Under the pieces are notes generated by a model, which searched no databases, had not been told where the DNA came from, and saw only the letters and a program-made list of their open reading frames with translations. A stretch of DNA of 64,000 bases from Planctomycetota bacterium. Its GTDB lineage: Bacteria; Planctomycetota; UBA1135; UBA2386. The stretch is from the NCBI GenBank assembly GCA_965223545.1, contig OZ245006.1, forward strand, positions 992,001 to 1,056,000, read 5' to 3'. Position 1 is the stretch's first letter, and every line of letters starts with the position of its first letter. This document shows positions 1-7,802 of the stretch, piece after piece. Both the position numbers and the translations under genes were made by a program.

Positions 1-62
1 CCGACGCCAGCTTGGCCGAGATGGAAGCGGCGTGGCAGGCGGCGAAGGAGTCGGAGCGCTGA
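1..62 (+). CDS. mazG: 3' end of a probable MazG nucleoside triphosphate pyrophosphohydrolase (partial)
   Basis: Frame from nt 3 reads DASLAEMEAAWQAAKESER*, resembling the MazG C-terminal 'sL.EMd.lW..AK' motif. Only 19 residues are visible. Confidence 0.55.
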   Translation, partial: DASLAEMEAAWQAAKESER

Positions 63-2170
63 GCGGCACCGCGCGGTTTCGGATCGCGATCGCCGCCATT
101 CTCGCCGCCCACCTAGCGGTGTTGGCCGTGCTGGCACACGTCACGCCGTGGACCACCGACGAGGGCAGCTACCTCGCCGCGGGGATGGCGCTGCGGCAGG
201 AGCTGCGCTTCGACGCGTTCAGCACGATCCTGCACGGCCCACTGCCGTTCTACAGCAACCAGCTGTGCTTCCCCGAGGGCGTGGCGGCCACGCCCGAGGC
301 GGTGATCGCGCACAAGCTCGACGCCCGCCTCGGCATGCTGCCGCTCGCTGCGCTCGCCGCCATCGGCACCGCGCTGCTGGCGCGAACCTGGTTCGGTCGC
401 CGCGCCGCGCTGGGCGCGCTGGTGCTGCACACGACCAACCCGATCGTGCTCGGCCACGGCTGCTTGATCACCGCCGACATGGCGCTCACCGCGGCGTGGG
501 TGTGGCTCGCGCTGGCGGCGGTCTTCTACCTGCGCGCGCCGGGCGCCGGGCGCGCAGCCCTGGTCGGCGTCGCGCTGGGGACCGCGCTGGCGACGAAGTA
601 CCTGGCGCTGTTCGCGCTCCCGGCGCTGGCGATCACCTTTGCCGGCAGCGCGCTGTTCGGCGCGAACGCGACCACCCCCATCGCCCACCGGCTGCGGACC
701 CTGCTGCTGTCGGCCGCGGTGTGCGCCACGGTCGCACTGGGCACGCTGCACGCCTGCTACGGCTTCCGCGCCGGCGGCTACGCGCTGCGGCCGCCAGCTC
801 CGGGCGCGCAGCACGCCCCACAGGACCCCGACGCCGGCGCACTGAGCTCGACCTTCCGCGGCCTGGTGGAAACACCGGGCGCCGCCGCCGCGCTGTCGCT
901 GCTGCCCGCGCCCTGGGTGCGCGGCGTCGACTACCAGAAGTTCTACAGCGAGGCCGGCGGCACCTCGACGCTGGGCGAGCGCGTCGGCCCCGGCTTTGCC
1001 AGCTACTTCGCCGTGGCGCTCGGCAGCAAGCTGCCGCTGGTCATGCTGGCACTGCTCGCCGCCGGCCTCGCCCTGCGGCGGCCGCGCTGGCCCCCGCACG
1101 CCGGCCTGCTGCTCGCCTGCATGATCGGCGTGCCGGCGGTCTATCTCTCGATCGGCACCGCGCTGCAGATCGGCGTGCGCTATCTGCTGCCGATCCTGCC
1201 ACTGTTGGCGATCCTCGGCGGCCGCGCCATCGCGCGGTGGAGTGCGGCGCCGGCCGGCCGCTGGGGATTGGCGGTCGCCGCGGTGGTGCTGCTGGCGGAA
1301 GTCGGCACCAGCTGGCCGCGCTACGTCGGCGCGTTCAACCCCCTGTTCCGCGCCCAGCCGTATCTGCTGTTCGCCGACTCGAACCTCGATTGGCGCAGCA
1401 GCTGGGAGCCCGACCACGACGACCGGACCCTGGCACAGCGCTACCCGCAGAGCGCAGCCCTGCCCCCCACCGGCGGGCCCCGGTTCGGCACGATCCGCGC
1501 GCGCGGCCTCGACCTCTCCCGCCCGGATCCCCGCGACCCCTCCCGCGTGCACCACTGGCTGCGGCGCTTCGCGCCGATCGACCGGCTCGGCGCGAACTAC
1601 GTGTTCGCCGTCGACGACGCCGCGTTCGCCGCCGCCATCGATCTCGGCGGTCCCGACGAAGACGCCCGCGGCGTCCTCGAGCTGGCGATCGCCCGGCTTG
1701 GGGCCGGCGACGTCGAGGGAGCCGAGGCGCTGCTGCACACCTGCACCGACCCGGACACCGCGATCGTCGCTCGCCTCGCGCAAGACCTGGCGGCCGCCCC
1801 CCCACTGCCCGGCCGCGCCCTGCACACCTGGCTGTCGCTCGGCCGCGCCGACCTGGTGCTGGCGGCGCCGGCGGCGCCCGAAGGCCTCCGCGCGCACGCC
1901 CACCTCGCCCGCGGCGAGCCGGACCGCGCCGCGGCGCTCCTGCGCGCGGTCGAGGAGCAGCGCCCGCTCACCATCGACGAGGTCATGCTGCTGGCCAGCA
2001 GTCTCGCGCCGAGCGCGCCGGAGCAGGCCAGCGCGGTCCTGACGCGGCACCGCCCGCCCGACGGCAGCCCCCTGCGGGCCGCCTACGACGCGCTCGAGCG
2101 CCAGCTGCGGGATGCCACCCAGGCGGTCCGACTGCTGCAGCGAGACGCCGGCGGGGCCGACCCGCGCTGA
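32..2170 (+). CDS. ArnT/PMT-like (GT-C fold) integral membrane glycosyltransferase with a C-terminal helical (TPR-like) extension
   Basis: Many TM segments; N-terminal T-DE motif (WTTDEGSYL); HGPL, LITADMA, ALATKYLA, QIGVRYLLP and DSNLDW motifs typical of GT39-like proteins. The true start may lie near nt 59, overlapping the upstream stop. Confidence 0.75.
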   Translation: MAGGEGVGALSGTARFRIAIAAILAAHLAVLAVLAHVTPWTTDEGSYLAAGMALRQELRFDAFSTILHGPLPFYSNQLCFPEGVAATPEAVIAHKLDARLGMLPLAALAAIGTALLARTWFGRRAALGALVLHTTNPIVLGHGCLITADMALTAAWVWLALAAVFYLRAPGAGRAALVGVALGTALATKYLALFALPALAITFAGSALFGANATTPIAHRLRTLLLSAAVCATVALGTLHACYGFRAGGYALRPPAPGAQHAPQDPDAGALSSTFRGLVETPGAAAALSLLPAPWVRGVDYQKFYSEAGGTSTLGERVGPGFASYFAVALGSKLPLVMLALLAAGLALRRPRWPPHAGLLLACMIGVPAVYLSIGTALQIGVRYLLPILPLLAILGGRAIARWSAAPAGRWGLAVAAVVLLAEVGTSWPRYVGAFNPLFRAQPYLLFADSNLDWRSSWEPDHDDRTLAQRYPQSAALPPTGGPRFGTIRARGLDLSRPDPRDPSRVHHWLRRFAPIDRLGANYVFAVDDAAFAAAIDLGGPDEDARGVLELAIARLGAGDVEGAEALLHTCTDPDTAIVARLAQDLAAAPPLPGRALHTWLSLGRADLVLAAPAAPEGLRAHAHLARGEPDRAAALLRAVEEQRPLTIDEVMLLASSLAPSAPEQASAVLTRHRPPDGSPLRAAYDALERQLRDATQAVRLLQRDAGGADPR

Positions 2171-2185
2171 CGGACCGCCGCCGCG

Positions 2186-2240
2186 CCGTCGGCGGCCCGA
2201 CGCACCGTCGGCGCGCCGACGGCCGTCGATCGCCCGACGG
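2186..2240. promoter_or_regulatory. Three tandem palindromes CCGTCG-N6-CGACG(G); candidate enhancer-binding-protein (UAS) sites
   Basis: Units at 2186-2202, 2205-2222 and 2223-2240, with extra CCGACA half-sites at 2249-2254 and 2257-2262, located ~110-160 nt upstream of a predicted sigma54 start site. Confidence 0.55.
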
Positions 2241-2321
2241 CGCCGGGGCCGACAGCCCGACACCCTCCTAACCAACTTGCCAACGCTGGTTTAGGTCACA
2301 CTCAAGAAGTTCCACGCCCAG

Positions 2322-2337
2322 TGGCACGCGATTCGCA
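2322..2337 (+). promoter_or_regulatory. sigma54 (RpoN) -24/-12 promoter
   Basis: TGGCACGCGATTCGCA has exact GG-N10-GC spacing and a TGGCACG -24 box (consensus TGGCACG-N4-TTGCW, one mismatch). Confidence 0.7.
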
Positions 2338-2347
2338 CCCCAGTCCG

Positions 2348-2549
2348 TCGGTGGAAAATGCAACGGGCCGACGGCCCGGTGGCAGGGATCTCGCCCGATG
2401 GGCCGCGTGCCCATCGGGCGGCTCCGTTTCCTCCAACCGCCAGCGCGCGAACGCTCGCCGGCCCCACACACCTTCGTCCCTCGAGGACACCCACACACCT
2501 GACGCTCGGACAGACCACATTGTGGCGCTGTCCGAGCGTTGCGCTTTTT
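2348..2549 (+). ncRNA. Putative sigma54-dependent small RNA (~200 nt)
   Basis: Lies between convergent genes, downstream of the -24/-12 box. Hairpins at 2364-2378 and 2392-2420 (perfect 12 bp), CCCACACACCT twice, then a terminal 12-bp hairpin and a T5 run. Confidence 0.55.
2502..2549 (+). terminator. Intrinsic terminator-like hairpin
   Basis: ACGCTCGGACAG (2502-2513) pairs perfectly with CTGTCCGAGCGT (2528-2539); TTTTT at 2545-2549 follows a short GCGC gap. It may also serve the convergent ETF-QO gene. Confidence 0.6.
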
Positions 2550-2584
2550 CCGGCGCACCATGCGCGCGGCGGAAGCGCCACTCG

Positions 2585-4243
2585 TCACATCCGCCGGTAG
2601 CGCGGGCCGCTGCCGCCCTCGCGGGGAGTCCAGCGCGGCCCCAGCACATCGGTCGCCTTGCAGTCGACGCAGTTGGGGGCGTTGATCTGCAGTGCGCCGT
2701 CGACGACCTCGTACACGCTCGCCGGGCACATCGCCTCGTAGAACCGCGCGACCTCGGGCGGCACTTCCCCCCCGACCTCGAGGTGGCTGGGGATGGTGTC
2801 GCGGGTGGCGTTGCCCGACTTGAAGACCGCGTCGACCTTGCTGAACGTCAAGACGCCGTCCGCCGGCGCAGCGGCCGCGGCGCCACCGGCCCGCTTGGCC
2901 TCGGCGGCGTCTTCCTCGACCGCGACGCGCCCCCCGAGCAGGCGCCCACCGCTCGCAGTCATCAGCGCCGCCTTGAGCCCGCCGCGGAAGAAGCCGCTCT
3001 TGAACGCCAACCGCATGTTGCGGGTCTTGTGCAGGTCTTCGGTCACGTAGGACGCCTTGCACAGCCGGTCGTACTCGGCGAGCTTGCCCGCCGAAGGATC
3101 GTCGGCGACCAACGCCGTGTAGATCGCGCGCGCCGCGTAGATCCCGGACTGGATCGCGTAGTGGATCCCCTTCAGCGAGGGAACGTCGACGAAGCCGGCG
3201 CTGTCGCCCAGCACGACGCAGCCATCGCCGGAGCGGCGCTCGGCCAGCGAGTAGTAGCCGCCTTCCGGAATCGTCTTCGCACCCCACTCGAGCAGCTCGC
3301 CGCCATCGAGCACACCGCGGAACAGCGGGTGCTGCTTCATGCGCTGCAGCAGCGCGTGCACGTCCAACCCGGCGTCCTTGTAGTCCAGCCCGACGACCAA
3401 GCCCAACGCCACCAGGTTGGGCTCGAGCGGATACATGAAGCTGCCGCCGAACGCATCGCGCGGCAGCGGCCACCCCATGGTGTGCACCACGTCCTGCAGC
3501 GGCTTGCCGGTCTGCCACAGCTCCTTGACGCCGAGCGCGAAGATCTGCGGGTTGGGCGCGGCGATCCCCTGCCACTGCTCCCAGGCCTGGGCCAGCAGGC
3601 CGCGCGTGCCCTCGGACAAGGCGACGACCTTGGCCGACAGGTCGGTGGGCGGCTCGTAGTTGCCGCCCTGGTTGCCGTCCCGATCCAGCCCCATCGGCGT
3701 GGTGCGCACGCCGACCACGCGCTGGCCGTCGACCAACAGGGACGCCGCCGGAAACCCGGTGAAGACGTTGACGCCCGCGGCCTCGGCGCGCTCGCCCATC
3801 CACTGCACGACCTCGCAGATCGAGGCGACGTAGTTGCCCTTGTTGTGCATCGTCGGCGGCGTCGGAATGCGCAGCGCCCGCTTCTCGGTCAGCATGTAGA
3901 CCGACTCGCGGTCGACGCGGGTGCGGAACGGAAAGTCGGCGTCGGTGAGATCGGGGAACAGCTCGCGCAGCGCGCGCGGGTTGACCACCGCCCCCGACAG
4001 ATTGTGCTGGCCTAGCGACTCGGCCTTCTCCAACACGCCGATCTCGACCTCGCCCGGGCCGTCGCCGCGCTCGTTGCCGATCTTCACCAAGCGCGCCAGC
4101 TCGATCGCGCCCGCCAGGCCGGCGGGGCCGGCACCGACGAACAGGACGTCCATCGGCACGCCGTCCTCGGACGGCGCCTCGTTGAGGATCAGTCGATCGA
4201 GGGGCAGCGCGGGCTGGTGCTTGGCGGGGACGATCTGGGCCAT
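2585..4243 (-). CDS. Electron transfer flavoprotein-quinone oxidoreductase (ETF-QO/FixC-like)
   Basis: FAD motif VGAGPAGLA; HNLSGAV, GVKELW, GAKTIPEGG and KGIHYAI motifs; C-terminal ferredoxin segment CPASVY...CVDCKAT and EGGSGPRY. Confidence 0.9.
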   Translation of the reverse strand: MAQIVPAKHQPALPLDRLILNEAPSEDGVPMDVLFVGAGPAGLAGAIELARLVKIGNERGDGPGEVEIGVLEKAESLGQHNLSGAVVNPRALRELFPDLTDADFPFRTRVDRESVYMLTEKRALRIPTPPTMHNKGNYVASICEVVQWMGERAEAAGVNVFTGFPAASLLVDGQRVVGVRTTPMGLDRDGNQGGNYEPPTDLSAKVVALSEGTRGLLAQAWEQWQGIAAPNPQIFALGVKELWQTGKPLQDVVHTMGWPLPRDAFGGSFMYPLEPNLVALGLVVGLDYKDAGLDVHALLQRMKQHPLFRGVLDGGELLEWGAKTIPEGGYYSLAERRSGDGCVVLGDSAGFVDVPSLKGIHYAIQSGIYAARAIYTALVADDPSAGKLAEYDRLCKASYVTEDLHKTRNMRLAFKSGFFRGGLKAALMTASGGRLLGGRVAVEEDAAEAKRAGGAAAAAPADGVLTFSKVDAVFKSGNATRDTIPSHLEVGGEVPPEVARFYEAMCPASVYEVVDGALQINAPNCVDCKATDVLGPRWTPREGGSGPRYRRM

Positions 4244-4274
4244 CGGAGCACCGTACGGCGCGCTTCCCGCGTTT

Positions 4275-5012
4275 TCACCCTCGAGGTAGCGGCGGCGGGC
4301 CGGCACGGCGCGCGCGCAGCAAGCGCCGCGCGGTGCGCGCCAGGTGGCGCACGCCGGGAGTCCGGTCGATCCACTGTGGGGTGATGTCGCTGTGCGAGCT
4401 GCGCTGGCCGCCAAGGCTGGGGGTGGCGATCACCGTGCGCACGTCCGGATTGCGCGCGCGGAAGGTCGACAACGCGCCGTCGAGGTGCATCGGCCCGCCG
4501 TCCGGATGCCCGCGCGGGCGCTCCAGCATGGCCGCCATCGCCTCGATGAGCCGCTCGAGCAACCCTCGCCTCACCGCGTAGAAGTGGGTGGTCAAGACCG
4601 GCCCCTCCCACTGGCGGAAGCCGATCCCATCGCCACCCGCGGCACCGTCGACCGGCACCGGGTGGCCGAGATAGGCGAGGTCCCAATCGACCTCTGCCAA
4701 CACCTCGACCACGGCGTCGAGACCACCGGCCAGCTGTGGTGCCAGCTCGAGGTCGTCTTCGATCATCAGCAAGTGCTCGACGTCGAGGTCGCGCGCGCTG
4801 CGCCACGCCTGCAGGTGGCTCAGAAAGCAACCGCGGGCGCCGACGCTCTCGAAGTCACCCGCACTCGGCGGCCGGATCGCCGGGAAGATCTCGACCGCGC
4901 CGGGGCACAACGCCATGTCCGCGCGTTCCAGCTCGGCGGCGATCTCTGCCCGGCGGTCGGCCCGCTCGGGCAGATTGACGACGAACGTGCGCTGAAAGTA
5001 CTCGTGCGACAA
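4275..5012 (-). CDS. Glycosyltransferase family 25 (LPS biosynthesis type)
   Basis: FVVNLPERADRR, GCFLSHL and LMIEDD motifs of GT25. Confidence 0.8.
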   Translation of the reverse strand: MSHEYFQRTFVVNLPERADRRAEIAAELERADMALCPGAVEIFPAIRPPSAGDFESVGARGCFLSHLQAWRSARDLDVEHLLMIEDDLELAPQLAGGLDAVVEVLAEVDWDLAYLGHPVPVDGAAGGDGIGFRQWEGPVLTTHFYAVRRGLLERLIEAMAAMLERPRGHPDGGPMHLDGALSTFRARNPDVRTVIATPSLGGQRSSHSDITPQWIDRTPGVRHLARTARRLLRARRAGPPPLPRG

Positions 5013-5114
5013 GGCGGACTCCTGCCTCCTCGTCGATCACCCTCCACGCCGGGCTGAGGACACCGTCTCGAATCGAGCCACCGCCGGCCAACGACACCGC
5101 CCCCCCGAGGTCGC

Positions 5115-6464
5115 TCAGGGCTCACCAAGCACCCTTGCCGCCGCCGCCAACACGCGCCGGTTCCAGTCGGTCGCGGCGGCGCGGACCCCCAACCTCCGAA
5201 AGTCCGCGGGCCGGCGCGCGACGACGACATCGGGCAGCACCCCCCGCCCCTGCACCGCCCGCCCGCCCGCGTCCGCGATGCGGCGCGCGCCAAAGGTCAG
5301 CACCGAGCCGTCCGGCCCACTGACCCGTTCCACCATGGCCTCCGCGCCGGCCGTGCGCTCGCCGACCACCAGCGCGCGCCCCTCGTTCTGCAGCACGCGG
5401 GTGAAGTGCTCGGCCGCACTCGCGGTCTGGGCGTCGACCAGGATCGCCAACCGCCCGCGGAACGGCCGCTCGCGCACCGGCACGCGCCAGGTGGCGAAGC
5501 GCTCGCGGCGCACCAGCCCCCCCAACCACTCCTCGACGTCCGAGTCGCTGACCAGCGTGGCCTCGGCGGCGAGAAAGCGCCCCAGGGTGTGCGCCATCAG
5601 CTCGGAGCGGCCACCGGGGTTGCCGCGCAGGTCGAGGATCAGCGCACGCCACGCCAACACCGCGTCGATCTGCCGGTCCAGCACCTGGCCGGCGCGCTCG
5701 ACGTCGCCGTCTTCGGCGCCGTCTTCGACGATGCGACCGGGCGCGAAGCTCGAGATGGCCAACACCGGCACGCCGGCGACCTCTCCCTCGCCGCGCACCT
5801 CGACCGACCAAAACGCGCCGCGCGCCGCCTCGTCGGCGGCGCGCTCCGGCCGGCGCAACCCGTGGCGCGACTCGGTGCCGTCGCTCCAGCGCAGCTCGAG
5901 GTCGGCGATCGAGCCGGGGCGCCCGCGCAACAGATGACGCACCAACGACGGCACCACCGGGTACCCCTCAACCCGAATGAGCCGGGGCAAGCGCGCCGCC
6001 TCACCACTCAGATGGTCCGGCGCGGCCGGCGCCGCCCCCTGCGGCCAGCTCGCGACGTGCGTGTCCCGTCCGATCGACACCAGCTGGAATCCGCGCCGGT
6101 GTTCCAGCGAAGTCACGGCGACGCCATCGACCTCCACCATGCGGTCCGGCGGCAGCTGCAGACTGACGTGGGGATCCTCGAGCTGACTCAACAGACCGGC
6201 GAACCCGCGGTAGAAGTCGATCACCGAGTCCCCGGCAACCGCCACGTCGCGCAGCCGCGCGACCTGCTCCTGCCACGCGGCCCGGCGCCCGGCGAAGAAG
6301 GGATAGTCGCGGGCCAACACCGCCGCGTAGTGCTCGATGGTGCGCAGCCGGAGCTGGTCTTCCGCCGACAGAGCCGACACGTGGCACCCCGCGGCGCTGA
6401 AGAGGACCGCCAACAGGGCCGCGGCGCGGGCCCGCCACCGAAGCCCGCGACGGCGGCGCCTCAC
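5115..6464 (-). CDS. S41 family (tail-specific) peptidase, probable lipoprotein
   Basis: LDLRGNPGG, TASAAE, VGERTAG and GRGVLPDV motifs; lipobox-like SAAGC. The GTG start overlaps the NuoF-like stop (GTGA). Confidence 0.8.
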   Translation of the reverse strand: MRRRRRGLRWRARAAALLAVLFSAAGCHVSALSAEDQLRLRTIEHYAAVLARDYPFFAGRRAAWQEQVARLRDVAVAGDSVIDFYRGFAGLLSQLEDPHVSLQLPPDRMVEVDGVAVTSLEHRRGFQLVSIGRDTHVASWPQGAAPAAPDHLSGEAARLPRLIRVEGYPVVPSLVRHLLRGRPGSIADLELRWSDGTESRHGLRRPERAADEAARGAFWSVEVRGEGEVAGVPVLAISSFAPGRIVEDGAEDGDVERAGQVLDRQIDAVLAWRALILDLRGNPGGRSELMAHTLGRFLAAEATLVSDSDVEEWLGGLVRRERFATWRVPVRERPFRGRLAILVDAQTASAAEHFTRVLQNEGRALVVGERTAGAEAMVERVSGPDGSVLTFGARRIADAGGRAVQGRGVLPDVVVARRPADFRRLGVRAAATDWNRRVLAAAARVLGEP

Positions 6465-7714
6465 CCGGAGCTTCCCGCCGCGCGCGCCAGGTCGTCGGCA
6501 AACAGCTCGAGCGCGCTGAGCACCGGCGCCGCCGCCATCTCGATCAGCGAGCAGCGCCCCTTGCCGCGGGCGAACGCCGCCAGCTTCTGCAGCTTCTCCG
6601 CGTAACCAGGTCCCCGGCCGTCGGCGACGCCGCGCAGCACGTGCACCATCTGGTTGGTCTCCATCCGACACGGCGGGCACTGGCCGCACTGCTCGTCCAT
6701 GAAGAACTGCGCGATCTCCAGGATCCGCGGCAGCGGGTCCTCGCCCTCCTCGACGAAGCTCACGCCGCCGCACCCGAGCGTGCCGCCGAGTTCCGCGAGC
6801 CGGGCGTGATCCATCGGCGTGTCGAGATGTTCGGCGGCCAGGAAGCGGCACGACAGTGCCGGCAAGATCGCGCGCAACGGCCGGCCGCTGCGCGGCCCAC
6901 CACCACAGCCGTAGATCAGCTCGCGGAAGGTGGCGCCGAAGGGCAGCTCGTACACACCCGGCCGGGCGACCCGCTCGCCCAACGTGAAGAGCATCGTGCC
7001 CGCACTGCCCTCGGTGCCGATCGCGCGGTAGGCGTCGGCGCCGTGGCGCACGATCCACGGCACGTGCGCCAGCGTCTCGACGTTGTTCACCGTCGTCGGC
7101 CGGCCGAACAGCCCGGCCTCGCCCGGATACGGCGGCTTGGCCCGCGGCAGCGCCGGCCGTCCCTCGATCGACTCGAGCGCCGCGGTCTCCTCGCCGGCGA
7201 CGTAGGTGGTCGGCGCGCGGTGGATGCGGATCTCGAACGCGAACCGGCCCTCGAACGCTTCGCCGCCGAGCACGCCGGCGGCCTCCGCCTCGGCGATCGC
7301 GTCCTGCGCCGCAGCCAAGGGCGCCTGCATGTCCTCGATCAGGTAGAGGTAGCCGACGCGCGCGCCCGTGGCCAAACCACACAGCGCCATGCCCTCGAGC
7401 ACCGCGTGCGGGTAGTGCGCCACGAGATACTTGTCCTTGTCGCTGCCCGGCTCGTGCTCGCCACCATTGGCGACCACGTAGCGCTCGCCCCCGTCGCGAT
7501 CCTGCGCCGCGGCCAAGCCCCACTTGCGCGCCACCGGGAACGATGCACCGCCGCGCCCACGCAGCCCGGCCGCCGCGACCGCCTCGAGCACCGCGCCGCC
7601 GGCGCCCTCATCCACCGCACGCCGCAGCGCCTCGTAGCCGCCGCGCTGGCGGTAGGCCTCGAGATCCTGGCGCGCCGATCCATCGAGTCCGGTCAGCAGA
7701 ATGCGAGTCGACAC
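6461..7714 (-). CDS. Stand-alone NuoF/HoxF-like NAD(P)H-binding FMN-[4Fe-4S] protein
   Basis: GLRGRGGASFP, YVAGEETA, PRAKPPYP, NNVETLA and CGQCPPCR...C motifs. No other nuo genes are adjacent. Confidence 0.85.
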   Translation of the reverse strand: MSTRILLTGLDGSARQDLEAYRQRGGYEALRRAVDEGAGGAVLEAVAAAGLRGRGGASFPVARKWGLAAAQDRDGGERYVVANGGEHEPGSDKDKYLVAHYPHAVLEGMALCGLATGARVGYLYLIEDMQAPLAAAQDAIAEAEAAGVLGGEAFEGRFAFEIRIHRAPTTYVAGEETAALESIEGRPALPRAKPPYPGEAGLFGRPTTVNNVETLAHVPWIVRHGADAYRAIGTEGSAGTMLFTLGERVARPGVYELPFGATFRELIYGCGGGPRSGRPLRAILPALSCRFLAAEHLDTPMDHARLAELGGTLGCGGVSFVEEGEDPLPRILEIAQFFMDEQCGQCPPCRMETNQMVHVLRGVADGRGPGYAEKLQKLAAFARGKGRCSLIEMAAAPVLSALELFADDLARAAGSSG

Positions 7715-7802
7715 GACGCCCTTTTTGACGCATGGGCGCACCGGGTGCAACCGGGATCGGCGTGCGACCGCAAAGGCCGCTCGTGCTATGGTGCGCGCTT
7801 CG

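Noticed and set aside
2186..2262. Short repeats as a mini-CRISPR array
   Set aside because: The units are 17-18 bp and nearly abutting, with no spacer-length unique sequence and no cas genes.
2348..2460. Possible riboswitch, tRNA or other known structured RNA
   Set aside because: I see no recognisable c-di-GMP, cobalamin, TPP, SAM, SRP or tRNA consensus, and there is no downstream same-strand gene to regulate.
2358..2600. 80-aa ORF starting 10 nt after the predicted sigma54 start site
   Set aside because: It runs through the terminator hairpin, overlaps the convergent ETF-QO stop and has no protein-like motif. An ncRNA reading fits better, although a peptide is not excluded.
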